NCBI GenBank assembly: GCA_044226015.1
Contig: JBGAHS010000011.1
Location: 192,001 to 256,000 of the forward strand
DNA length: 64,000 nt
From: Candidatus Obscuribacteraceae bacterium
Lineage (GTDB): Bacteria > Cyanobacteriota > Vampirovibrionia > Obscuribacterales > Obscuribacteraceae
Reading direction: 5' to 3'
A program made the position numbers and the translations under genes. The notes under the pieces were generated by a model, which made no database searches, had not been told where the DNA came from, and saw only the letters and a program-made list of their open reading frames with translations. Shown here in pieces: positions 46,846-56,142 of this stretch (position 1 is the stretch's first letter; every line of letters starts with the position of its first letter).

Positions 46846-48438
46846 TTACGGCAACGCCATCAGTGCGCGACGTTCCATATTCACACGCAAGATGTCTTGT
46901 GCATCTTGCACTATCGGAGCAGCCTCAGCCTGACGACCAGTGTGATTCAGGAATGTTCCATAGTCCAACATGCAATCAGCCGCGAGCACACTCTCAGAAC
47001 CGAAGACTCGCACAGTGTCTGACAATGCCCATGAGTAAATTTCTTGAGCTTCGTCCATTTGACCGAAGCTATATGCCAGCAGTGCCAAATAGTTTAAGCG
47101 CAACGCTATCTCAAGCTTCTGCGCTTGCAAAGGTATCGGAACCAGCTTACTCAGATAGTCCGCCTGCATTCGAGCTTCGCGCACTGGAGACTTCTTATCG
47201 TCATTAATATACGCAAGCAAAGTCTCTGTTCGAGAAACTAACTGAGCATCATCACCATACGTTTTTCGATAAATCTTCAAGGCACGCTCTAAAAGCGGCT
47301 TGGCATGCTCGTGATCATGTTGATTCAAATAAATAGTTGCAAGTGAAGTTAGGTCTCTAGCAACACTTGGGTGTTCTTCACCAAGTGATTCAATATCAAT
47401 CGCAATCATTCTCTCGTAGAAATCAACGCGCTGCTTATTTATTTCTTGCAGAGCTACCGCATCAGCTGGGCTTCTATCAGGTTTAATTCCAGTTCCGTCA
47501 GCATTCAACCCTGCCACCGAAGGTAGTTGCAACACACCATGCGACAAGTTTGGCGAAGACGAAGGCGGATTCGCGCCCTCAGCTAATAGTGCTTTTTGAT
47601 AAGCCTGATCTGCAAATTTCGCTGAAACAGCTTTAGAGAATTCCGAACTTGCAACACCCGCAGTCTGCCCTGAGGCTGCTACGCGGTCCTTCAACAACTC
47701 ACTCTGCAACGCAGACTTGTGTATGCGATTTTGCTGTTCTGTCTTTCTAAACACATCAATATAGTCAGCAAGAACTTCGTTCAACATTTTGTCATCAGGA
47801 AGATTGCCCTGAGTCATGAGAACTCGCAAAGCGAGCTTATAACTATCCTCTGCAGGCTTGCTCAGGTATTGTTTAACAGCAGTGCGACCCACTAGATGAA
47901 CGAAATCGGCGTACTGAATTGTCTTATCAGCGTTCTGCTTCTGAAGAATCTCGGCAGCCCGCGCATACATTTCTTGGGCATGCTTGTACTGCCCTTCGAA
48001 TTCATAGAAATTAGCAAACGGTTTCAAAGTCACCAATAACTTCGAACTTTCTTTTCCATATTTTCTCTCGAGAGCGCGCAAAGACTGCTTGTATAGCTTC
48101 AGAACTTCCTCTTCCAGGTCTTGCACATAAAGAACATCTGCAAGTGTATTCATGCATTCAACAATATCGTCGGTGCTTGCTTTGCTCTTCTTTGCGTCAG
48201 AGAGCGCCTGACGGAAGCAAGCCTCAGCGCCAGTGTAATCTTTGTGCTCTTTTCTGCGAAACCCTTCCTTCAATGCCGCATGCCAATCGTATATCTTGTT
48301 TATGCTTTGCAAATCATTTGAATTCTTGGGAAAACCATAGTCCTCATGAAATTTTGCGGCTTGAGCAGAAGCTGTCGCAGAAGCAGCAAGAACTAAAACA
48401 ACAGAGAGGAAGTTTTTCGAACAGAGCATCATTAGCAA
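46846..48438 (-). CDS. Exported TPR protein, paralog of 37774-39390
   Basis: Signal peptide; QRVDFYERMIAIDIESLGEEHPSVARDL versus RGVDYYERMIASDIDSLGPNHPSVANDL. Confidence 0.85.
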   Translation of the reverse strand: MLMMLCSKNFLSVVLVLAASATASAQAAKFHEDYGFPKNSNDLQSINKIYDWHAALKEGFRRKEHKDYTGAEACFRQALSDAKKSKASTDDIVECMNTLADVLYVQDLEEEVLKLYKQSLRALERKYGKESSKLLVTLKPFANFYEFEGQYKHAQEMYARAAEILQKQNADKTIQYADFVHLVGRTAVKQYLSKPAEDSYKLALRVLMTQGNLPDDKMLNEVLADYIDVFRKTEQQNRIHKSALQSELLKDRVAASGQTAGVASSEFSKAVSAKFADQAYQKALLAEGANPPSSSPNLSHGVLQLPSVAGLNADGTGIKPDRSPADAVALQEINKQRVDFYERMIAIDIESLGEEHPSVARDLTSLATIYLNQHDHEHAKPLLERALKIYRKTYGDDAQLVSRTETLLAYINDDKKSPVREARMQADYLSKLVPIPLQAQKLEIALRLNYLALLAYSFGQMDEAQEIYSWALSDTVRVFGSESVLAADCMLDYGTFLNHTGRQAEAAPIVQDAQDILRVNMERRALMALP

Positions 48439-48662
48439 ATCGACGAAAGGCGTAGTGGATCAGGTTGCTCATTCTATACGATGTTCGTGCTCAGGGATCA
48501 GCTCGGCAAGCAAGTCGCTAAGAAAGCAGACAAACTCGGAAGCGTAAAAGTCCCATTGACATCCTTCCCGTTTAAGCTAAATTTGAACCCATAAAGGGTT
48601 TGGATTACTTTTTGGCATCCATTTTTTGTATTGGGTTTGTTTGTAGCTGGAGAATTTAACAT

Positions 48663-49208
48663 ATGGATTATGCACCTTCGCGTACGCAGGAGGTTCAGTC
48701 TAGGTATTCGTATCACCAGGGTGATACGGATGAAAGACCGAACGTACAGTGGACTGCGCAAGATAATCAATCATACAGAAATGCCACTGTTCATGGCAAT
48801 CAAGAAGTGAACGTGTTTGCCAACAATGTCTACATTGATACTGGCAAAACGAATGTGTATCAACCGGTTCAAGAATTACCGCCGCCGCCACAGCAGCAAG
48901 TAGTGGTGCAAAGAGTCAGCGGCTGTTATCCAAACAATGACTGCTATGGAAGAGATAGAGACATCGGCGCTGAAATCGTTGGTGGCATCATTGGCGGTGT
49001 CATAGGTGGGGTTTTGATGAACCGCCATCACGGTGGATGGCACCGTGGTTACGAGCAGCGCTGGGACAATCGCGGTTGGAATAATCGCGGCTATGATGAC
49101 AATTATTATCACCAACACCGACAAAGACACTACCCACAGTATCAGCCGCAATATCAGCAAAATTGCCAACCATACTATGGTGGCGGCTATCGCAGACATT
49201 GTAGATAG
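48663..49208 (+). CDS. Gln/Asn/Tyr/Gly-rich protein with a glycine zipper
   Basis: GGAG RBS; GAEIVGGIIGGVIGGVL; low-complexity tail. Confidence 0.7.
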   Translation: MDYAPSRTQEVQSRYSYHQGDTDERPNVQWTAQDNQSYRNATVHGNQEVNVFANNVYIDTGKTNVYQPVQELPPPPQQQVVVQRVSGCYPNNDCYGRDRDIGAEIVGGIIGGVIGGVLMNRHHGGWHRGYEQRWDNRGWNNRGYDDNYYHQHRQRHYPQYQPQYQQNCQPYYGGGYRRHCR

Positions 49209-49253
49209 AAGCTTGCAGTAAGCAGTCCGGTCCCGCAGCCTGATTGATTATAG

Positions 49254-49285
49254 AACCGAATTGGCACCCCCGCCAATTCGGTTTT
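49254..49285 (+). terminator. Intrinsic terminator
   Basis: AACCGAATTGGC-ACCCCC-GCCAATTCGGTT-TT. Confidence 0.75.
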
Positions 49286-49430
49286 GCAGCATCACGAAAT
49301 TAGCAATCGCTGTACTCGTGCATACACTGCCGAATCCGGCGAGCGGACTTATTAGGAATTCCTTCAACAGAGTGCTGATTTAACAAGAACCTCTAGCGCG
49401 AGAAATAGTCAAAATAGGCAAGAGAAAAAA

Positions 49431-50222
49431 TTAGTTTGGATCGGGATGCTCAGGATCGTCCTTAAACCACTGAAAGTTAAAGCTATATCCGAACCCAGCT
49501 TTCTTTACCCCCAGTTCTTCTCTGTAAGGATTTTGGTAAAGGTAAACCAGAAAGACATTCAGAGAAAGAAAAATAACCACAAAAGTGGTCATCAGAAGCT
49601 GCGAAAGAAGGCTCTCTAGAAAGAAGAAGTAAGTAAAGAGAACAATCAAGATTCCGCCAACAATAAGTACAGACCAGAGAATTGGAGATAGCCCACTCTT
49701 CGATGCAACCATGCGAAAGCGCCTGGCATCAGATAATTGCTGCATACTTCCGAGCATTGCAGAGAAGCATTGCTGTTCATTTTGTTCTTTCGGATTGTAA
49801 TCAGTAATAGAGCGCCACAAAGCTCTATACTCTGGAATAGAACCCTCTTTCCGTTTTCCAGCTTCAATCATCGCCCAGTCTTCATCAGAGACCACTCTTG
49901 CATATTCGTAGAGACAGTCTCGAATTTTTTGCTTCGCAGGCTGACTAAACGGGCGCGTGTAATGATAAACATTCGAAAGAGAATTCGCCTCTGCTATTGC
50001 CATTTGCCTTGCCTGATCCACTTTCGACTGGGCATCAACAACTATCAAGCCCAACAAAATAGCGTACAAGGTTCCAACAATAGCAAGAAGAATTCCACCG
50101 ACTTCATGACACGCTTCAAGTGTCGCGCGCGAAATTTTCTTACGCACGAGCACCATGCCGACATTGGCTATGATCGTGCTTCCACCAATGATTATTAGTC
50201 CTTCAAGAAAAAGGTTCATCAA
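49431..50222 (-). CDS. DUF4239-like integral membrane protein
   Basis: VGTLYAILLG, EANSL, Y..VV..DW, LSDARRFR, LWSVL, C-terminal NPY. Confidence 0.75.
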   Translation of the reverse strand: MMNLFLEGLIIIGGSTIIANVGMVLVRKKISRATLEACHEVGGILLAIVGTLYAILLGLIVVDAQSKVDQARQMAIAEANSLSNVYHYTRPFSQPAKQKIRDCLYEYARVVSDEDWAMIEAGKRKEGSIPEYRALWRSITDYNPKEQNEQQCFSAMLGSMQQLSDARRFRMVASKSGLSPILWSVLIVGGILIVLFTYFFFLESLLSQLLMTTFVVIFLSLNVFLVYLYQNPYREELGVKKAGFGYSFNFQWFKDDPEHPDPN

Positions 50223-50273
50223 TCAAAATTCCTTTCAATCGATGCTATTTTTGCACAAACAGCTATTGGGAGA

Positions 50274-51131
50274 TCACTTTTGAAGAAAATCTAGAAGAAC
50301 TCGGTTTACTTCCTCTGGCGCTTCATTCTGCACCCAGTGGCCGCATCCGGGTATTCTGTGGATTATTAAGTTAGGCGCAAATTCCTCAAGTCCATCCAGC
50401 AGTCGTATTCCAAGAGCCATGTCATTTTCGCCCCAGACGACTAGCGTTTCACCGTTGAATTTTGCTTCATAGGCTAGGTCTCCGCCATCTTTGGATCGGA
50501 ACAGACAACGATAGTAATTCAAAGCAGCGGTCAGCGCGCCAGACTGCGAAATGGCATCAACATATTTATCAATATCCTCTGCTGAAAAAGCATTTTTGCG
50601 AATGGTCTTCCCGGAAAAGACTTCTCTAACGAGCGCATAATTGTCAGCACTAATTAATCGTTCAGGAAGCCATGGAATTTGAAAGAAAAGGACATACCAA
50701 CTCTTGAAAGTTTGAGGCGGACGCCGTACTTCTCTTTTGTATATCTTCAAATGTGGTGCATTCATAATAACAAGCTTTGAGACCAGCTCGGGATATTTTC
50801 CAGCGAAAGCCCATGCGACGATGCCTCCCCAATCATGCCCCACGATATGTACCTTGCGTCCGACAGCACGAGCGATGCAAGCAACGTCTTCAACAAGCAA
50901 ACGCAGATGGTAGTCCTCTTTGGTTGGAGGCTTATCCGAGAGATTGTAGCCTCGCAGGTCAGGTGCAAAAACTGTATATCCGTTTTGGGAAAGAGCCTCT
51001 ATTTGATGGTGCCAGCTGTACCAAAATTCGGGGAAGCCGTGCAACATTATGACGGCTTCGCCTGATGACCCGGCTCGAGCAACATTCAGGTTAAGCCCAC
51101 GTCCCGCCATTTGTTGAAAGTTAATCGACAC
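50274..51131 (-). CDS. Alpha/beta hydrolase (epoxide hydrolase-like)
   Basis: LHGFPEFWYSW, DLRGYNLS, GHDWGG, ALNYYR, GHWVQNE. Confidence 0.92.
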   Translation of the reverse strand: MSINFQQMAGRGLNLNVARAGSSGEAVIMLHGFPEFWYSWHHQIEALSQNGYTVFAPDLRGYNLSDKPPTKEDYHLRLLVEDVACIARAVGRKVHIVGHDWGGIVAWAFAGKYPELVSKLVIMNAPHLKIYKREVRRPPQTFKSWYVLFFQIPWLPERLISADNYALVREVFSGKTIRKNAFSAEDIDKYVDAISQSGALTAALNYYRCLFRSKDGGDLAYEAKFNGETLVVWGENDMALGIRLLDGLEEFAPNLIIHRIPGCGHWVQNEAPEEVNRVLLDFLQK

Positions 51132-51255
51132 TTTTGTATTCCAGTTATTTGCCCTTTGTCTTTCAAGGGTTTTTCCTAGTGTACATCAGTCCAAGAGTGA
51201 GCATAATAGCCAAACTGAGATTTACCACATCGCACTTTCTCTGGAGGCAGCTCCC

Positions 51256-51885
51256 ATGAAGAAGCTCATCCTTTATATTTCTGCGGGCATTTTTTGCGGC
51301 TTGCTTGCCTGCCCAGCTGAAGCTCAAGAACACGGCGGATTCAAAATCAACTCAAAAGCACTGCCCGACGCCAGCAACATCGAACGGGCCAGACTGCGAT
51401 TGCAGGTGGTCGACACAAGTCCAATCCTCACAGACAATCGCCCCAAAAATCAGCAACCCGACAACTACATAATAAATGTAGCCCCCCAGCAATCCACCCC
51501 GGGCAACACATTCGTCATTAACAGTCCAACGGGCAGCGGGGGAGGATACGTGAACTTGAATGGACTTGCTCCTGTAAGCGACATGCAGCGCTCAAATATT
51601 TCTCATCGCCAAATCGCGCCATCAAACCTGCCTCAGGGCAGCAGCACAGGCGTTCATGGTCCAACAGGTGCCGCTGCCGGTCAAACCACAGCACAAAACA
51701 GCCTTGCTGGAAGAATGACTACACCGATCAAGTCTCACCAGATGCAAGCAGCCTCAATTCCAGCAAAAGGGTATGGAGATTATCACTCTGGTGGACAGAG
51801 TGCGGGCGGACCATCTGCACAGGGCAGCGTCCATGGCGAGATAAAAAATCAACCGAATATCCTCAAGAATCGTGTGCTGAAATGA
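51256..51885 (+). CDS. Exported low-complexity hypothetical protein
   Basis: GGAGG RBS; signal peptide ending AEA; G/S/Q/N-rich body. Confidence 0.7.
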   Translation: MKKLILYISAGIFCGLLACPAEAQEHGGFKINSKALPDASNIERARLRLQVVDTSPILTDNRPKNQQPDNYIINVAPQQSTPGNTFVINSPTGSGGGYVNLNGLAPVSDMQRSNISHRQIAPSNLPQGSSTGVHGPTGAAAGQTTAQNSLAGRMTTPIKSHQMQAASIPAKGYGDYHSGGQSAGGPSAQGSVHGEIKNQPNILKNRVLK

Positions 51886-51900
51886 TCCAGAGCTAGCTAA

Positions 51901-52220
51901 TGGATCCCCAGGTCTGCAAACGGATCCCAATCTGCAAACGGATCCCAATCTGCAAACGGATCCCAATCTGCAAACGGATCCCAATCTGCAAACGGATCCC
52001 AATCTGCAAACGGATCCCAATCTGCACAGGGAACCCAATCTGCACATGGCTCCCAAGTCTGCACAGGGAACCCAATCTGCACAACGGATCCCAATTTGCA
52101 GGGAACCCAATCTGCACATGGCTCCAAAACTGCACACGGATCCCAATCTGCACATGGCTCCAAAACTGCACACGGATCCCAATTTGCACACGGCTCCCGT
52201 GCCTGCACATGGAACCAAAC
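51901..52220. repeat. 18-bp tandem repeat CGGATCCCAATCTGCA(A/C)A, about 17 units
   Basis: Five exact units at 51921-52010, then variant units including 17- and 19-nt copies. Confidence 0.93.
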
Positions 52221-52270
52221 ACAAGAATCCCCAAATTTTCTCAATGAAAGTGCGAAACGACAGAAGCGGC

Positions 52271-53086
52271 CTAATCGGCCGCTTCTGCCACTTTTGTAGC
52301 CACGTAACTCATGAGCACACCATCAGCGGTGCTAACTATTTCCATGTTGACGCCGTATACGGCTCGCAATGATTCCTCTGAAAGTACGTCGGAAACCTTG
52401 CCCTTAGCCTTCAGATTTCCATTTGCGCCAGTTTTGCTCAGAAGCATGACCTCATCGGCAATTCGTGCAGTCAGAGTCAAGTCATGCAAAACCAACAAAA
52501 TACCAAGCCCCTCTTGTTTCAACTGTTTCAACAGGTCCATCAATTCCAATTGATGGCGAAAATCAAGATGTGCAGTAGGCTCGTCCAAAAGCATATACGC
52601 GGGCTCTTGAGCCAGAGCTGTCGCAATCAAAACACGTTGGCGCTCTCCCCCAGATAGCTCATCTATCAATTTATTTCGAAGCGCGGAGCAATTGGTACGC
52701 TCTAATGCATCATCGACTTTCTTTTTATCGCTCGTTGTCCATTCCCAAGACCACCAGTTTTGGTGCGGGTTTCGTCCCAGCGAAACCCACTCATGAACGC
52801 TTAAGCTCCTTCTTGTTTCCACAAATTGAGGAACAAAAGCCAACTGGCGAGCTAATTGTAGCTCTGTCAGTTGACCAAGCGGCACGCCCCCAATTGAAAC
52901 AGTTCCACCAAGTGCGGGAATCTGCTTGGCGATTGTCTTAAGCAACGTCGATTTGCCTGCCCCGTTTGGACCACAAAGAACAGTAATCTGAGCTTTTCCA
53001 ATTTCAGCCTGCTCTATTTCGCAAACGATTTGCTTGTGAAAGCCAACCCTCAGGTCCTTCATTTCAATGGTGTTATCAGCGCTCAT
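52271..53086 (-). CDS. Fe-siderophore/cobalamin ABC transporter ATPase (FecE/BtuD family)
   Basis: GPNGAGKST, LSGGERQRV, LLDEPTAHLD, VLHDL. Confidence 0.92.
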   Translation of the reverse strand: MSADNTIEMKDLRVGFHKQIVCEIEQAEIGKAQITVLCGPNGAGKSTLLKTIAKQIPALGGTVSIGGVPLGQLTELQLARQLAFVPQFVETRRSLSVHEWVSLGRNPHQNWWSWEWTTSDKKKVDDALERTNCSALRNKLIDELSGGERQRVLIATALAQEPAYMLLDEPTAHLDFRHQLELMDLLKQLKQEGLGILLVLHDLTLTARIADEVMLLSKTGANGNLKAKGKVSDVLSEESLRAVYGVNMEIVSTADGVLMSYVATKVAEAAD

Positions 53087-54090
53087 AGCCTGTATACCCC
53101 ATCTTGTTTCTTCAAAAGTAGGTAGATGAAGAAAGGTCCACCTATCAAAGAGAGAAGGGTGCCCAGAGGAAGTTCTTGTCCTCCGGCAATCGTTCTGGCT
53201 GCGAGATCACTCATCATGACCATACCTGCGCCTATCGCCGCCGACGCAATCAGATGCGCTCGCTCGTCTCGTCCGAAAAGTTGGCGGGCAAAATAGGGAG
53301 ATATCAACCCGGCGAACCCAACAATTCCGCTTAACGAAACCGCCGAACTGCAAAGCAAGATTGCAGAAAACAAAATAGAGAGCTGCGCCTTTGTCACGTT
53401 TACGCCGAGAGAGCTGGCAGCCGCAGTTCCCAGAGACAACAAACGCAATGGCTTGCTAGTTATACCGGCAATCAGACAACCCGCTAGTATATAAAGACTC
53501 GTAGAACTGAGGTCTGACCAGCTCTTTCCATTTACACTACCTGCAAGCCAATAGTAAATACCTTGGGATCTGACGCTGCCCTGGGCTGAGCATATAAGCA
53601 AAGTGATGACAGCTCCACAAAACGCTGAAAGAGCAACACCAGAAAGCAATAAGCGAGAAACACTTATCCCCTCGCTCGTTTTGGAAAGCAGAAGCACGAT
53701 GAAGCTGGCCAGCAAGCCACCTGCTAGCGAAATCACAGGTATAAAGGCAAACTCGACACCAAGTATCATTGAAATTGCCACGGCGAGCCCAGCACCGCTT
53801 GAAACGCCTGTCAGGTAAGGATCTGCTAATCCATTATTGGATAGCGATTGAAGCTGGTATCCAGACAACCCAAGAGCAGTTCCCACCAGTGCTGCAGCCA
53901 GTGCCCGCGGCAATCGAATATCCATAAGAATCTGATAAGAAGTACTAGTCGAAGCCAAATCGATATGGCGAAAGAGAGCCGAAAACGATTCAAAGACCTC
54001 GGAAACAGATAGCCGAATCTCTCCCAGGCAGAGGTTCAACAAAAGTACAGCCAGTAGAGCTGCAAACAATAAGATGAATCGAAAAAACAC
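53083..54090 (-). CDS. FecCD/BtuC-family ABC permease
   Basis: IRLPRAL, NGLADPYLTGVSSGA, GIVGFAGL, ELPLG..GGPFF. Confidence 0.92.
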   Translation of the reverse strand: MFFRFILLFAALLAVLLLNLCLGEIRLSVSEVFESFSALFRHIDLASTSTSYQILMDIRLPRALAAALVGTALGLSGYQLQSLSNNGLADPYLTGVSSGAGLAVAISMILGVEFAFIPVISLAGGLLASFIVLLLSKTSEGISVSRLLLSGVALSAFCGAVITLLICSAQGSVRSQGIYYWLAGSVNGKSWSDLSSTSLYILAGCLIAGITSKPLRLLSLGTAAASSLGVNVTKAQLSILFSAILLCSSAVSLSGIVGFAGLISPYFARQLFGRDERAHLIASAAIGAGMVMMSDLAARTIAGGQELPLGTLLSLIGGPFFIYLLLKKQDGVYRL

Positions 54091-54219
54091 CGCACCCGGC
54101 TTTCAAATCTTAGAGTTCCTTCAAAAGCCTGATTCTCTCAGGTTTTCATAGCAGTTTGCAAGCCCAGACATGCTAACATGATGAGCCGTATATTTTGTAA
54201 GCGAGGCTCTGCATTAGGA

Positions 54220-55419
54220 ATGCTGCGTACTATCTATTTGGATAACAGTGCTACGACAAAAGTCAGACCAGAAGTGAAAGCAGCTATGGAGCCCTTTCTA
54301 GAGGATAAATGGGGCAACCCTTCCTCTGTTCATTACCTCGGCGCCGTTGCCAGAAGAGCCATGGATGAAGCAAGAAAGCAGGTAGCGTTATTGCTGAACT
54401 GCGATTTTGATGAAGTTTACTTCACCCCATGCGCTACATATAGTAATAACGTCGCCCTTCTGGGTCGAGCAAGATTTGTAGATGCCAACGGTTTGGGTAA
54501 GCACTTGATCACGACCAAAATCGAGCACCCCTCCTGCACCGGACCCGCAAAGCATTTAGAGTCACAAGGTTGGAAAGTCACTTACTTGCCGGTTGATAAG
54601 GACGGACGAGTCTCGCCTCAAGAACTCGAAGCAAGCCTTACAAAAGACACAAGTATCGTTTCCATTATGTGGGCCAATAATGAAATAGGGGCGGTGCAAC
54701 CAATTGCTGACTGCGCCCGCATTGCCAAATCAGCTGGAGCATTTTTCCATACAGACGCAGTCCAGGTGCCTGGAAAGTTGCCAATTAACCTTGCTGAGCT
54801 ACCGGCTGACTCGCTTTCGATCTCTGCGCACAAGTTCAACGGTCCAAAAGGAATTGGAGCACTTTTCATTAGAAAAGGTTCTAACGTCATGCCAATTGCG
54901 TTCGGTGGTGGGCAAGAAATGGGACTTTTCCCGGGGACAGAATCGCTACCAAACATAATCGCAATCGGTCAGGCAGCACACCTTGCGAAAACAGAAATTG
55001 AAGAGAATGTAAAACACTTGCGCGCGCTCCAACGAATATTGTGCGAGAAGCTTTCTCAACTTGAGGGTGTGAAATTCACAGGACCGACAGATTTCGACCA
55101 TCGAATTCCAGGGCATGTCAGCATTGTCGTACCTGGAGTTGAAGGGGAATCAGTCGTACTGCAGGCAGACTTGCGTGGCTTATGTGTATCAGCAGCGTCG
55201 GCTTGCAAAAAAGGAATTGTTCAGCCATCACATGTGGTGGCTGCACTGGGCTATTGTGATAAAGACGCCTTGGGTTCAGTTCGCATCACAGCAGGCAAAT
55301 TCAATACCGAAGAAGAGTGCGAAAAAGCTGCAGAGATACTTACGAAAATCATTAGCTCTTACAGAAAAAGAGCTGCAGCAAAAACGCCAGCGAGCACGGC
55401 ACTAAGCGGACAAAAATAG
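54220..55419 (+). CDS. iscS: Cysteine desulfurase (IscS/NifS group I)
   Basis: YLDNSATT, GNPSS, EHP, ANNEIG, HTDAVQ, SAHKFNGPKG, SAASAC; start probably ATG 54220. Confidence 0.9.
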   Translation: MLRTIYLDNSATTKVRPEVKAAMEPFLEDKWGNPSSVHYLGAVARRAMDEARKQVALLLNCDFDEVYFTPCATYSNNVALLGRARFVDANGLGKHLITTKIEHPSCTGPAKHLESQGWKVTYLPVDKDGRVSPQELEASLTKDTSIVSIMWANNEIGAVQPIADCARIAKSAGAFFHTDAVQVPGKLPINLAELPADSLSISAHKFNGPKGIGALFIRKGSNVMPIAFGGGQEMGLFPGTESLPNIIAIGQAAHLAKTEIEENVKHLRALQRILCEKLSQLEGVKFTGPTDFDHRIPGHVSIVVPGVEGESVVLQADLRGLCVSAASACKKGIVQPSHVVAALGYCDKDALGSVRITAGKFNTEEECEKAAEILTKIISSYRKRAAAKTPASTALSGQK

Positions 55420-55422
55420 CGA

Positions 55423-56121
55423 ATGTGCGGACGATACACCCTGGCTCGCAGCCAGCAAGAGCTGTCTGAAAGATTTGGTGTGAAGCAGCTATTCGTGGAT
55501 TTGATTCCAAGGTACAACATCGCGCCCACTCAAAAAGCTGCGGTAGTTGTAAGCACAGAAGCAGGTCGAAGTTTAGAGCTCTTTCGCTGGGGCTTAATTC
55601 CCTCTTGGACACAAGATTTGAAGCTTGCCAAACCGCTTATCAATGCGAGAGCCGAGACACTTGCAGAGAAAGCCTCTTTCAAAACAGCGCTAAAGAATCG
55701 CCGCTGCATCGTTCCGGCGGATGGTTTTTATGAGTGGAGAAAAGAAGGTACAGTTAAGCATCCGATGTTCATCCATGGCACAAAGAACCAGGTACTTGGA
55801 TTTGCTGGTATTTGGGATGAATGGAAAGATGAGGACAATGACGGAAAAATTCTTCGCTCATTCAGCATTGTTACCACAGCCGCAAACAAGTTTATGAGTT
55901 CTGTGCATGATCGTATGCCCGTAATCCTCGCAGCTGATGCCGAAGACATGTGGCTGAACAGCGACGAGAAAAACACAAGCAAGCTGATTTCATTGCTGGG
56001 GCAAGCTCCTGAAGGCTTCCTGGAAATGCATGAAGTATCTCAAGAAGTAAACTCAGTGAAGATAGATAGTCCGACCTGCATTGAACCTGTATCGCAACAG
56101 CTTCGCCTGGGTGGGTTCTGA
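55423..56121 (+). CDS. SOS-response-associated peptidase (SRAP/YedK/HMCES family)
   Basis: MCGRY, RYNIAPTQ, INARAET, GFYEW, HDRMP. Confidence 0.95.
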   Translation: MCGRYTLARSQQELSERFGVKQLFVDLIPRYNIAPTQKAAVVVSTEAGRSLELFRWGLIPSWTQDLKLAKPLINARAETLAEKASFKTALKNRRCIVPADGFYEWRKEGTVKHPMFIHGTKNQVLGFAGIWDEWKDEDNDGKILRSFSIVTTAANKFMSSVHDRMPVILAADAEDMWLNSDEKNTSKLISLLGQAPEGFLEMHEVSQEVNSVKIDSPTCIEPVSQQLRLGGF

Positions 56122-56142
56122 AGCTAGTCAAAGGGGACGCCA

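Noticed and set aside
51901..52220. CRISPR array
   Set aside because: Units are directly adjacent with no unique spacers, and no cas genes are in the window. The same applies to the 39.4-kb array.
51754..52372. Six overlapping ORF calls with hexapeptide repeats (CRLGSV, QIGIRL, ADWDPF, ICKRIP)
   Set aside because: They arise from a stop-free 18-bp repeat; unit indels shift frames and no convincing RBS was seen.
56119..56127. Other TGA stops as possible Sec codons (SRAP, SSS, ybeY, 51885)
   Set aside because: No adjacent Cys/redox context or SECIS-like hairpin at the proper spacing; the proteins look complete at the stop.
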